DNA of 64,000 bases from Oceanicoccus sp. (GTDB lineage Bacteria > Pseudomonadota > Gammaproteobacteria > Pseudomonadales > Oceanobacteraceae), in the NCBI GenBank assembly GCA_047621325.1, contig JBLHLT010000008.1:37804-101803 (forward strand), given 5' to 3'. A model generated the notes under the pieces. That model worked only from the letters and a program-made list of their open reading frames with translations. It was not told where the DNA came from and did no database searches. The translations under genes and the position numbers were made by a program. Positions 51,845-61,600 of the stretch are shown in pieces. Position 1 is the first letter of the stretch. Each line of letters begins with the position of its first letter.

Positions 51845-54292
51845 ATGGCAAAAGCGACACACCCTTCTTTGACACCCGATCAATTAAGCATCCAAATCCC
51901 TGAAAACAGTCTTTCTTTTGAATCCAGTAATGAGCTAACGCCTTATAACGGCGTACTTGGACAAGACCGAGCCGTAACCGCCATCCAATTTGGCGTCGCC
52001 ATGGACCGTCCTGGTTATAATGTCTATGTAATGGGTGACTCTGGCACAGGGCGCAGCTCATACATTACCGAATATCTAAAGAGTGAAGCCAAGCGTCAAA
52101 TCAGCCCAAGTGACTGGGCCTATGTGAATAATTTCGACAACAACCGCGAACCACTAAAACTAGAACTCCAAGCTGGCCACGGCCAAGCATTCAAGCGTGA
52201 CCTAAATGAATTAATTGATAGCTTACTAGCAACCTTCCCTGCTGCATTTGAACACCCTACATACCAGCAGAAGAAAAGCTTAATCGATCGTGATTTCAAC
52301 TTACGCTATGACAAAGTAATCGATCGCATTGAGCAGTCAGCGCTTAAATTAAATATCGCTATGTATCGCGATAGCGCATCAATTAGCTTCACTCCGATGA
52401 AAGATGGCAAAAGCCTAGATGAAACTGAGTTTGCACAATTAGACGAAGCCACCCGCGAAGCATTTCACAACAATATTCATGAACTTGAAGGCCAGCTGAA
52501 TGATGAGCTTGTTCCACTGCCTCAATGGAAACGTGAAAGTAACGATGCGCTAAAAAAATTAAACCAAGAAACAATTGATGCCTCTGTCATCCCCCTTATT
52601 CAACCTTTACTTGAAAAATACCAAGATATTGACGGTATTATCGAATATCTCGATAAAGTAAAAGCAAGCCTGCACCGTACCGTCATTTCTGAATTAACGG
52701 ATGATCGTATTTTAGAAAGCAGAGAAGACAGCGCCAAACGCATGTTTTTAGAAGAAACCTACCTGCCAAATCTTTTGGTCAGTCGCCAAGAAGATTCAGG
52801 CTCGCCGGTTATTTATGAATCTCACCCTAACTACGCAAATTTATTTGGGCGTATCGAATACACCAGCGAACAAGGTGCGCTCGTTACTCATTATCGTAAA
52901 ATTTGCCCGGGTGCACTGCATCGCGCGAATGGTGGTTTTTTAATTGTGGACGCAGAAAAATTACTGCACGAGCCATTTGTCTGGGAAGCCTTAAAGCGCG
53001 CTCTATCCTCCAATCAATTAAAAATCGAAAGCCCTTACAGTGAAATGGGCCTAGTCAGCACCACGACTTTAATTCCTGAGTGGATTCCTCTCGATGTTAA
53101 AATTGTCTTAATTGGTTCTCGCAGCACGTATTATTTACTGCAAGATTTGGATGATGACTTTAATGACATGTTTCGCGTACTGGTAGACTTTGATGACTAC
53201 CTACCCTGTACCCCAGACCACATGGAATCGTTTGCCCGACTACTGCAAAGCCGCTGCATAGAGAAATCTTATGCACCAATCAGTCGAGCAGGCATCATTC
53301 GCCTTATAGAACAAAGCGCTCGACTAGCCGAAGATCAACGCCACCTTAGTGCACGTATCGGTGACTTATTTGAATTGCTTGCCGAGGCTGAGTTTGTACG
53401 CAAACTAGCCCAAGATGAAAGTATTGATGCCGAACACGTAAGCCGTGCCTTGGATGCAAAAGAACAGCGTAGCGGACGCATTCAAAAAGAAATATTGGAT
53501 GATATTTTAGACGGCACCATTTTAATTGATACCGACGGCGAAGCCATCGGCAAAATCAATGGTCTAACAGTACTATCCATTGGCGACAGTTCTTTTGGTG
53601 CGCCAGCTCGAATCACCGCCACCGTATACCCAGGAGGCCGCGGCATTGTTGATATCGAACGCGAGGCTAATCTTGGCCAAAACATCCACACAAAAGGTGT
53701 AATGATATTAACGGGCTACCTTGGGCACACTTACGCTCAAGAATTCCCACTAGAGGTCAGCGCCTCTATCGCAATGGAACAGAGCTATGGCTATATTGAT
53801 GGTGACAGCGCCTCTCTTGCCGAAGCATGCGCACTCATTAGTGCATTAAGCTACATACCTATCCACCAAAGCTTGGCTGTTACTGGCTCAATAAACCAGT
53901 ATGGTGAAGTACAAGCAGTGGGTGGCATTAATGAGAAGATAGAAGGCTTTTTTGCAATCTGCAAAGCGCGAGGCCTTAACAAGAAACAGGGCGTTCTTAT
54001 TCCTGCTTCGAATGTGAAACACTTGGTTCTGAAAAAAGAAGTCATTGATGCCGTTGCCAACGGTGACTTCTATATTTATGGCATCGAATCCGTCGACCAA
54101 GCCATTGAAATTCTGATGGATAAAAAAGCCGGAAAACTGACTCGAAAAGGCACCTTTCCTCGTGGTTCAATCAATTATCGGGTATTAGAGCGTCTTCGTG
54201 ATATTGCCGACATCGGCCGTGAAGAAGAACACGGTGAAGATGAGAAAGAAGAAAAAGAAGAGAGATCCGCCAAAAAACCGACCAAGCACTAG
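51845..54292 (+). CDS. Lon-type protease homologue (AAA-like N-terminal region, long insertion, S16 peptidase domain)
   Basis: P-loop-like GDSGTGRSS. C-terminal S16 domain with DGDSASLAE (Ser) and GGINEKIEGF (Lys). E/K-rich tail. 815 aa. Confidence 0.85.
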   Translation: MAKATHPSLTPDQLSIQIPENSLSFESSNELTPYNGVLGQDRAVTAIQFGVAMDRPGYNVYVMGDSGTGRSSYITEYLKSEAKRQISPSDWAYVNNFDNNREPLKLELQAGHGQAFKRDLNELIDSLLATFPAAFEHPTYQQKKSLIDRDFNLRYDKVIDRIEQSALKLNIAMYRDSASISFTPMKDGKSLDETEFAQLDEATREAFHNNIHELEGQLNDELVPLPQWKRESNDALKKLNQETIDASVIPLIQPLLEKYQDIDGIIEYLDKVKASLHRTVISELTDDRILESREDSAKRMFLEETYLPNLLVSRQEDSGSPVIYESHPNYANLFGRIEYTSEQGALVTHYRKICPGALHRANGGFLIVDAEKLLHEPFVWEALKRALSSNQLKIESPYSEMGLVSTTTLIPEWIPLDVKIVLIGSRSTYYLLQDLDDDFNDMFRVLVDFDDYLPCTPDHMESFARLLQSRCIEKSYAPISRAGIIRLIEQSARLAEDQRHLSARIGDLFELLAEAEFVRKLAQDESIDAEHVSRALDAKEQRSGRIQKEILDDILDGTILIDTDGEAIGKINGLTVLSIGDSSFGAPARITATVYPGGRGIVDIEREANLGQNIHTKGVMILTGYLGHTYAQEFPLEVSASIAMEQSYGYIDGDSASLAEACALISALSYIPIHQSLAVTGSINQYGEVQAVGGINEKIEGFFAICKARGLNKKQGVLIPASNVKHLVLKKEVIDAVANGDFYIYGIESVDQAIEILMDKKAGKLTRKGTFPRGSINYRVLERLRDIADIGREEEHGEDEKEEKEERSAKKPTKH

Positions 54293-54303
54293 CACACCCT
54301 ACC

Positions 54304-54335
54304 TATCTCAAGCCTGCAATAGGCTTGAGATATTT
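54304..54335 (+). terminator. terminator after the Lon-type protease gene
   Basis: TATCTCAAGCCT-gcaat-AGGCTTGAGATA (12-bp stem) followed by TTTCAT. Confidence 0.65.
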
Positions 54336-54446
54336 CATACTACCGCTGGCAATATCCCCATCTTTTGCCATAGTTAAAAGAAGAATACGCTCATCATTTA
54401 ATTAACCGCGATCTTTTATAGCCAGTGAAAACACGGACCCCAACTC

Positions 54447-54872
54447 ATGAGTCAAGAGCAAAGCAATGGAAGTGAGCAACTCCATTTTAATGATGCCCCC
54501 ATCTTGATCGTAGAGGACAATGCAATCAACTATATGGTCCTAGAGCAACAGCTACTAAAACTTGGGTTTCGTGTATTTTGGGCCGAAACAGGAGAGAAAG
54601 GCCTAGAAATTTACACTCAAAACGACTTTTGCTGCGTACTAATGGACTGCATGCTTCCAGGGATGAGTGGATTAGAATGCACAGAACACATCAGAGAGTA
54701 CGAACAACAATACAAACATCCGAGAACACCTATAATTGCTTTAACAGCTGACATTCGTGATAGCAACAAACAAGCCTGCTTTGATGCAGATATGGATGAC
54801 TTCATGGGTAAACCATTTAAATTCGCCGAGCTAAACAACATCCTAAAATTATGGATTAATCAGCAAAACTAA
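54447..54872 (+). CDS. stand-alone response-regulator receiver protein
   Basis: PILIVEDN...VLMDCMLPGMSG...ALTAD...GKP: complete REC domain with no output domain. Confidence 0.9.
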   Translation: MSQEQSNGSEQLHFNDAPILIVEDNAINYMVLEQQLLKLGFRVFWAETGEKGLEIYTQNDFCCVLMDCMLPGMSGLECTEHIREYEQQYKHPRTPIIALTADIRDSNKQACFDADMDDFMGKPFKFAELNNILKLWINQQN

Positions 54873-54968
54873 AATGAAAAGACAGTATAATGCGCAGCTT
54901 ACATAGCGATATTGATATTACTCGGGCTGATATATTAAAGCCCTCGGATTTGGGTTAGGGAGAATCTA

Positions 54969-56633
54969 ATGAGTCCAGGCGATGACCTGCTTTTTGGTGA
55001 TGAAGTCGAAAGCAGCTCAAAAACTCCACCCGCTGAACTGCGCAGCAGCGGCAATCATTATCAAATCTTGGTTGTGGACGATGACGAGTACGTGCATCAA
55101 CTAACCAAAATGGTTCTACGTGGATTTCATTTCGACGGTCACCCGATCCAACTTGCCAGCGCCCTTAGCGCCAAAGAGGCTATCGAGTACCTCGGCAAAC
55201 ATGACAATGTGGCAGTAGCACTGGTCGACGTCGTTATGGAAACCGACGATGCAGGCTTACAACTGGTCAACCACATACGCAATGTTTACAGTAATAACGA
55301 AATTCGCCTTTTGATTCGCACAGGTCAACCCGGTGCCGCCCCTGAAGAATCGGTATTCCAAGACTATGATATCAATGACTATCTAAGTAAGACGGATATT
55401 ACCGCGCACAAGCTTCGCATGGCACTGCTTAACGCACTGCGCTCATATCGCGATATTCGTCATGCAGTTGAGTTGCAAAAACAAATTATGCTTGCCGAAC
55501 AAGAAAGCCGCACCGCCGCGGCCGCATCGGAAGCCAAGTCCCAGTTTTTAGCACACATGAGCCACGAGATACGCACTCCTCTCAACGGCATCATTGGTAT
55601 TGCCGATATCCTGTCGCAAACTAATTTAAACCCCGAGCAATCAAAGTATGTCTCCACTATAGAGAAATCCGGTGAAGCGCTCTTGAGTATCATCAATGAC
55701 ATATTAGACTTTTCAAAAATTGAAGCTGGCAAACTAGAACTCGAGCATATTGATTTTTCACTCAATGAAATCTGTGAGTCTTTAGGGAATATATTCGTAG
55801 CTCAACTGAAAGATAAAAATCTAAATTACACATTCAAACTCGACCCCAAAATTCCGGATTTTTTGAATGGTGATCCTTTAAGAATCAAACAGATTTTACT
55901 TAACCTTGTTAGCAATAGCTTAAAATTTACAACCCAAGGCGGTATCCACATTGATGTTTTCTGCCTAAATTGCGATAACAACATACAACTGCAATTTAAA
56001 ATCATAGACACTGGCATCGGCATCCCTGAAAACAAATTGACTTCACTATTTGAAGCATTTACCCAAGTTGACTCTTCTACTACTCGAAAATATGGCGGCA
56101 CAGGCCTGGGACTGCAAATCACCAAACGGTTGATTGAACTAATGGGAGGGAGCATCCATGTAGAAAGCCAATTAAATGAGGGTTCAACCTTTATATTTAA
56201 TGTCACCTTAGCCAATGGTAAATCCACCATGAATACCTCGCCCGACACCACTCCACCGCCAACCGCCATATTAAATAAAAAGATTTTAGTCGCTGAAGAT
56301 AACCATACAAATCAAATGGTTATTACCGCCATGCTAAAACGACTTGGCTATGAATTTGACATCTGCAATAACGGAGAAGAAGCCGTTACAGCACTACAAG
56401 AATCAGCTTACAGCTTGGTCTTAATGGATTGCCAAATGCCTGTACTAGATGGTTTTCAGGCCACACAAAAAATCAGAGAGCAATCAACTATTGCAGACAT
56501 TCCTGTCATTGCCCTAACAGCTGGCGCAACAGACAAAGAGAAGCAAAAATGCTATGACGCAGGAATGAATGATTTTTTAAGTAAGCCAATTAAGCTCGGC
56601 TTACTTAAAGATACACTTTTGAAATGGGCATAA
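54969..56633 (+). CDS. soluble hybrid histidine kinase (REC - HisKA - HATPase - REC)
   Basis: N-terminal REC-like (ILVVDDDEY...DYLSKTD), H-box [14 protein letters not shown] boxes ([23 protein letters not shown]), C-terminal REC (ILVAEDN...[11 protein letters not shown]...SKP); no TM segment. Confidence 0.9.
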   Translation: MSPGDDLLFGDEVESSSKTPPAELRSSGNHYQILVVDDDEYVHQLTKMVLRGFHFDGHPIQLASALSAKEAIEYLGKHDNVAVALVDVVMETDDAGLQLVNHIRNVYSNNEIRLLIRTGQPGAAPEESVFQDYDINDYLSKTDITAHKLRMALLNALRSYRDIRHAVELQKQIMLAEQESRTAAAASEAKSQFLAHMSHEIRTPLNGIIGIADILSQTNLNPEQSKYVSTIEKSGEALLSIINDILDFSKIEAGKLELEHIDFSLNEICESLGNIFVAQLKDKNLNYTFKLDPKIPDFLNGDPLRIKQILLNLVSNSLKFTTQGGIHIDVFCLNCDNNIQLQFKIIDTGIGIPENKLTSLFEAFTQVDSSTTRKYGGTGLGLQITKRLIELMGGSIHVESQLNEGSTFIFNVTLANGKSTMNTSPDTTPPPTAILNKKILVAEDNHTNQMVITAMLKRLGYEFDICNNGEEAVTALQESAYSLVLMDCQMPVLDGFQATQKIREQSTIADIPVIALTAGATDKEKQKCYDAGMNDFLSKPIKLGLLKDTLLKWA

Positions 56634-56660
56634 AAAAGCCAATCTAAGATTGGCTTTTTT
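56632..56660. terminator. bidirectional terminator between the hybrid kinase gene and the convergent CHI-like gene
   Basis: aaaaaaGCCAATctaagATTGGCtttttt. Confidence 0.8.
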
Positions 56661-56666
56661 AAATAA

Positions 56667-57227
56667 TTAAAGGCTACCTAGTAGACCTTCTTTTAAATCG
56701 TCTTGAACGGCATCTTCAGATAACCAAATACCAAATAGCGCCTGCTTAAACTCTAAACCTTCAACTGTTGTTTTCAGCTTATCATTTTTAAATACATTCA
56801 CACCCACAGCAGGTACGTAAACAAAATCGAATACGTCATTTTCAACAATACCGTCTTGGAATGTAGCAATAAATGAATCAATCGTTGTTTTGATTGCAGC
56901 CGTATTACCGCCTGTCGATTTTTCAAAACCCTCTCTTGTTGCTGATTCCATTTTTTCAGCCGTCAACAAACCAGAAGTAATATGCAACCTTAGAGCCATT
57001 GGCTTGTCTTGCTCAATAATCGATTTCGCTTCTTTCGATGTTTCAGATAAATACAATCCCGCAGCATATATATCCATGAAAAACTTAGAACGTATACCTA
57101 CTCCATTTAGAGCTAATGATTGATCTTGGGCACTTAAGCTATCAGGCAAATTAACACCTGCCACTTCTTTTGCCTGGGCAACCACACTTAGCATGGTCAT
57201 TAAAAATACGCTTAATAATATTTTCAT
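56667..57227 (-). CDS. periplasmic chalcone-isomerase-like family protein
   Basis: Signal peptide MKILLSVFLMTMLSVVAQA; LNGVGIRSKFFMDIYAAGLYL is the typical CHI-like fold signature. Confidence 0.7.
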   Translation of the reverse strand: MKILLSVFLMTMLSVVAQAKEVAGVNLPDSLSAQDQSLALNGVGIRSKFFMDIYAAGLYLSETSKEAKSIIEQDKPMALRLHITSGLLTAEKMESATREGFEKSTGGNTAAIKTTIDSFIATFQDGIVENDVFDFVYVPAVGVNVFKNDKLKTTVEGLEFKQALFGIWLSEDAVQDDLKEGLLGSL

Positions 57228-57536
57228 TGTTCACTCGCTTTTTATTATTGTCACCCTATAGCAGCATGCTTATAAGGGGGCCTATATATAACGAAAAACA
57301 TAACATCAACGCAAGGACACTCACGGTAATCCCATTGTTTTTTATCAGTTTTTATCTATATATGATTATTCTTTAAAAAAGTTGGTTCTTAGGTACAGGC
57401 TTTTGCACGCTATATAAACAACCCACCTAATAAACACCGGTGTTAGATTGTTAGATTATGAGAGCATACTTTCACTGGTTAGACGAACGCTTAGCCTCTA
57501 CATTGAAAACTCGAGGTCAATTTGAGGGAATAAACG

Positions 57537-57824
57537 ATGCAAAATATCAACCCAATGGTCAGCACAATTGTGCAACAATCCATGGTCTCTGATAATGATG
57601 TTTCCGCATGGCGCAGAGAACTCATCCGTAATCATATTTTCGAGCCACAAGAAGCCAAAGACCTGTCTGAGCGTGAGATCTCACTCATACATCATGCCCT
57701 TCTCACCCAACGACTTAGCCAGTTAAGTAGCGATGAATTACTGGTTGAGGCTAAAAAACAAAATCTTAAATACCACGTAAATCTTGAAGGGGATCAATTT
57801 CAAATGGGTTCCGTCTCCTACTAA
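57537..57824 (+). CDS. hypothetical protein
   Basis: 95-aa ORF, GAGGGAATAAACG-ATG Shine-Dalgarno, followed by a strong terminator; no family recognised. Confidence 0.45.
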   Translation: MQNINPMVSTIVQQSMVSDNDVSAWRRELIRNHIFEPQEAKDLSEREISLIHHALLTQRLSQLSSDELLVEAKKQNLKYHVNLEGDQFQMGSVSY

Positions 57825-57851
57825 GCCCCCAATAACGATACATCCTACATT

Positions 57852-57881
57852 ATAAAGGTAAGGGTCCGCCCTTACCTTTAT
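57852..57881. terminator. bidirectional terminator between convergent genes
   Basis: ATAAAGGTAAGGG-tccg-CCCTTACCTTTAT, a 13-bp stem. Confidence 0.75.
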
Positions 57882-57883
57882 CG

Positions 57884-58363
57884 CTATACAGTGAAAACAT
57901 CCTCAACATAATCCACATAACTTTGACGCAATACCCGAACACTTTCTTCATGAATATTTCCCGCAAGCTGGCTTTTATTCATAGAGAGTAAAAAAACTCT
58001 TAACTGATTAAGTGTTGCTTTCAACTCATAAACTGCATTTTCCATGATACGAGCCGAGCGTTTTGGCCGACTAATCAAGCTCAACAATCTAAAGTGGGCA
58101 TGACTATAATAGTACTCAGCTTCTTTATTTCGTCCCGACTGATTTAACGCATGAGCCGTGTTATGACAGGACAACACAAATAAATGCATGACTTTATTGA
58201 CCTCCTTCTCCTCTTTTTCTAGCCAAGGCTCTATCAACTCCACACTTTTTGAAAACACCTTACTTGCCTGCTTATATTCTTGCTGATGATAAAATTTATC
58301 CGCCATCAGCGTATAAGATTCCCAATCCTTCATTACATCCTGTATATTTTGCGGGATTTTCAT
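57884..58363 (-). CDS. hypothetical helical-repeat (TPR-like) protein, Fur-box promoter
   Basis: 159 aa, helical-repeat composition (KFYHQQEYKQASKVFSKSVEL..., EAEYYYSHAHF). Confidence 0.6.
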   Translation of the reverse strand: MKIPQNIQDVMKDWESYTLMADKFYHQQEYKQASKVFSKSVELIEPWLEKEEKEVNKVMHLFVLSCHNTAHALNQSGRNKEAEYYYSHAHFRLLSLISRPKRSARIMENAVYELKATLNQLRVFLLSMNKSQLAGNIHEESVRVLRQSYVDYVEDVFTV

Positions 58364-58387
58364 AACATGCCTATGCTAAATCTAATT

Positions 58388-58429
58388 GATAATGATTATC
58401 ATTTAAATACCAAATAGGCTAACTGTCAA
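58388..58429 (-). promoter_or_regulatory. sigma70 promoter (TTGACA-17-TTAAAT) overlapped by a Fur box
   Basis: Minus strand TTGACA (58429-58424), 17-nt spacer, TTAAAT (58406-58401). The 19-mer TTAAATGATAATCATTATC (58406-58388) matches the Fur consensus GATAATGATAATCATTATC at 16 of 19 positions, all mismatches in the first 3 nt. Confidence 0.7.
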
Positions 58430-58463
58430 GCCCAAACACTATAATGATCACCCAGGAAGAGAC

Positions 58464-58862
58464 ATGGCTCTAGAAACCCTATACGCCCCACTCAAGCACA
58501 CTCACCTACTACTGGTTAGTATCAGTATTATTTACTTCATCTTACGAGCGGTCTCAAAGCTGCTTCAAAAACAATGGCAAGATAAAATCGCCTTTAAAGT
58601 AAGTGCCTATGCGATAGATTCATTTTTACTTCTCACTGGTATTTTATTGATGGTGGCCACATCTCAATATCCAATCGCACAATCATGGCTAACGGTTAAG
58701 CTTATTATACTGGTTGGCTATATATTCTTTGGCATCAAAGCAATGAAGAGCAAAACTCAGGTTATGCAAGGCCTCTACATCGCGACGGCCATTACCTGCG
58801 TATTATTAATGGTCACAATTGCCCGCACCCACCACCCTTTAGGGCTATTTAGCTTAATGTAA
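58464..58862 (+). CDS. SirB2-family inner-membrane protein
   Basis: 132 aa, four TM helices; the start LYAPLKHTHLLLVSISIIYFILR resembles E. coli SirB2/YchQ. Confidence 0.65.
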   Translation: MALETLYAPLKHTHLLLVSISIIYFILRAVSKLLQKQWQDKIAFKVSAYAIDSFLLLTGILLMVATSQYPIAQSWLTVKLIILVGYIFFGIKAMKSKTQVMQGLYIATAITCVLLMVTIARTHHPLGLFSLM

Positions 58863-59036
58863 TTATGACTGGATTGACTAAGTAACTAAGCCCTACCCTA
58901 AATAGAATAATAACTTCAAGGTGGGGCAAGAATTGAGACACTGGGGGAATTTTGATGCGCGAATGACTCGTAAGACGAGAAAAAATAAAAACCCCGCATA
59001 AATAATACAGGGGTATTCAGCGCTAAATTATAAGGA

Positions 59037-59876
59037 CTACTGGCGCGTCAATCGACCAAGCCCATCAGCAGGATCTATAGGATTTAAGCTACGTGTAGGG
59101 TTGATATCCAACCCTCCTCTTCGAGTATATCGAGCGGTTACTGTCAGTCGCTTGAATCTAGCCAGCGCCAATAGGTCACAAAATATTTGCTCTACGCAGT
59201 GCTCATGAAAATCATCGTGATTACGGTAGCTGATGATGTACTGCAACAGCGCCTCTCGATTAATCTGCGGCCCCTCATATGAAATAATAACCGTCGCCCA
59301 ATCTGGCTGCCCTGTAACCGGACAGTTTGATTTTAATAAATGCGAGTGCAATATCTCTTGAGTATCCGGCCCTTCATTAAGGTCTAATAAATTCGCATCG
59401 GGCGAGTAATTACTTACTTCGATATCCAAGTCATCAATGCACTGCCCAATATCTTGGTGAGATATTGGAAAGAACATTACACTAAAAATCCGCACATCAA
59501 TGGGTGCACCAAATCCATCCGATAAATCTTGCTGTAAACGCTCCTGCAGCTCAGCTTCATTAGCCAAACGCGTTTGATTAAAGCTATTTAGATATAATTT
59601 GAAGGATTTAGACTCAACGATATTAAAAGACTCAGCAGGAATTATAAACTCCACTATTGCCACTTGCGGTTTGCCTTTGAGATTCAGCCAAGAGACTTCA
59701 TAACCCGTCCACACATCAAAACCATAAAATGGTAAATTCCCATTAACCTTGCTTTTAGGCATCGACAGTTTGGCACGATTTTGATCTCGACTAATCGGAA
59801 ATATCAGTGACTTATCGTACTCAAATACATACTCGGTATGCTTACCCAGAAGCAATTCTTTTTCATCATGACTCAT
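59037..59876 (-). CDS. queF: NADPH-dependent 7-cyano-7-deazaguanine reductase (two-domain type)
   Basis: ESKSFKLYLNSFNQTR, HLLKSNCPVTGQPDW (catalytic Cys), FHEHCVEQIF, RYTRRGGLDINP; collinear with E. coli QueF. Confidence 0.95.
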   Translation of the reverse strand: MSHDEKELLLGKHTEYVFEYDKSLIFPISRDQNRAKLSMPKSKVNGNLPFYGFDVWTGYEVSWLNLKGKPQVAIVEFIIPAESFNIVESKSFKLYLNSFNQTRLANEAELQERLQQDLSDGFGAPIDVRIFSVMFFPISHQDIGQCIDDLDIEVSNYSPDANLLDLNEGPDTQEILHSHLLKSNCPVTGQPDWATVIISYEGPQINREALLQYIISYRNHDDFHEHCVEQIFCDLLALARFKRLTVTARYTRRGGLDINPTRSLNPIDPADGLGRLTRQ

Positions 59877-60655
59877 TAGCTACGAATCCCCTTACCGCGT
59901 TTCAACAACCACATGCTGTATGCGGTCAACGCCGCAATCACACCAACTAAAATAATATAACACGTGACCAAGCTCACATCTGACACGCCAAGCATACCAA
60001 AGCGAAAACCATTCACCATGTACAAAATAGGATTAAATTCTGAAACCAAACGCCACCCTTCGGGAAGTAAATCTATACTAAAAAATACACCTCCCAAATA
60101 CGATAACGGCGTCAACACAAAGGTAGGCACAATCGATATATCATCAAATTTATTGGCATACAGCGCATTAATAAAGCCACCCAATGAAAACAAAATGGAC
60201 GACAGTAATACAATGGAACTAAGCACCCAAAAATTATGAACTTGAATATCAGTAAAAAACACAGCCACAATCGTGACGATAATGCCTGTCAACAATCCCC
60301 GTGCAACCCCACCAAATACAAAGCCCGCCAAAATAACGCTATTTGGCACTGGTGCAACTAACAACTCTTCAATGCTGCGCTGAAATTTATTACTGAAAAA
60401 TGAACTAGAAACGTTCGAATACGCATTATTAATGACACTCATCATGATCAAACCCGGCATGATGAATGACATATAATTTAATCCCGACATTTCACCAATT
60501 CGAGAGCCAATTAAATTACCAAAAATAATAAAATACAGAGTCATCGTAATGGCGGGCGGTAACAAGGTTTGCTGCCAAATTCGCATAAACCTGCGAACTT
60601 CTTTCAGTAAAATTGTGCTAAATGCGATCCAATATGCGCGAATAAACAACATCAT
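59876..60655 (-). CDS. yadH: ABC-2 type transporter permease (YadH-like)
   Basis: 259 aa, six TM helices, ABC-2 membrane pattern; TAATG overlaps at both ends. Confidence 0.85.
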   Translation of the reverse strand: MMLFIRAYWIAFSTILLKEVRRFMRIWQQTLLPPAITMTLYFIIFGNLIGSRIGEMSGLNYMSFIMPGLIMMSVINNAYSNVSSSFFSNKFQRSIEELLVAPVPNSVILAGFVFGGVARGLLTGIIVTIVAVFFTDIQVHNFWVLSSIVLLSSILFSLGGFINALYANKFDDISIVPTFVLTPLSYLGGVFFSIDLLPEGWRLVSEFNPILYMVNGFRFGMLGVSDVSLVTCYIILVGVIAALTAYSMWLLKRGKGIRS

Positions 60656-61590
60656 TACTTCCTTACCGCATCAACAAACAAAGCTTCTAAACGATTTGAT
60701 TTAGGACGGATACCACTGACATCAAGACCGGCGTCATTAAACACATCAAAAAGCTCATTAATCGCCGTGCCTTTTTCTACATCCACCTCAAAACACTGAT
60801 CATCTTTCCAGCTAACATCTAATGCCGCTAGAATCGGCCGAGCAGGATAAGAATGTTGCAATTCAACCACAAAGGTTTGCTTATGCAGCTCTTCTAGCAA
60901 TGAACGCATCGATGTGTTTTTCACAATATTACCTTGATTAATAATGGCAATATTCTGGCAAAGACTCTCTGCCTCTTCTAAATAATGAGTCGTCAAAATA
61001 ATAGTTGTACCCAATTCAGTATTTAACTTCTGTAAGTACGTCCACATACTCAGGCGTAATTCAATATCCACACCCGCAGTCGGCTCATCTAAGATGAGTA
61101 AACGAGGGTCATGCACCAAAGCCCTCGCAATCATTAAACGACGCTTCATTCCGCCAGAGAGCATACGTGACGGCACATCACGCTTCTCCCACAAGTCTAG
61201 TGCTTTTAAATACTTTTCGCTTTGTGCAACAGCCTGCTTCTTATTCAAGCCATAATAACCCGCCTGAGTAACGACAATATCTTGCACTTTTTCAAACTGA
61301 TTAAAATTAAATTCTTGAGGCACCACACCCAGTAAGCGCTTGGCTGCGTACCAATCACCTTCAATATCTAAGCCAAATAACGTTACTTGGCCATCACTTT
61401 TATTCACTAATCCAGATACGATACCAAGTGTGGTAGACTTACCCGCACCATTTGGACCAAGCAAGGCAAAGAAATCCCCTTGAGCTACCTCAAGGTTAAT
61501 GCCTTTTAAAGCCACATGACCATTGTCATACACTTTTTTCAGCCCCGAAATACTAAGGGCCGGTCCTTTATAATCATTCAATGAACTCAT
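60655..61590 (-). CDS. yadG: ABC transporter ATP-binding protein (YadG-like)
   Basis: Walker A GPNGAGKST, signature LSGGMKRR, Walker B LLILDEPT. Confidence 0.92.
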   Translation of the reverse strand: MSSLNDYKGPALSISGLKKVYDNGHVALKGINLEVAQGDFFALLGPNGAGKSTTLGIVSGLVNKSDGQVTLFGLDIEGDWYAAKRLLGVVPQEFNFNQFEKVQDIVVTQAGYYGLNKKQAVAQSEKYLKALDLWEKRDVPSRMLSGGMKRRLMIARALVHDPRLLILDEPTAGVDIELRLSMWTYLQKLNTELGTTIILTTHYLEEAESLCQNIAIINQGNIVKNTSMRSLLEELHKQTFVVELQHSYPARPILAALDVSWKDDQCFEVDVEKGTAINELFDVFNDAGLDVSGIRPKSNRLEALFVDAVRK

Positions 61591-61600
61591 AATCGTATCT

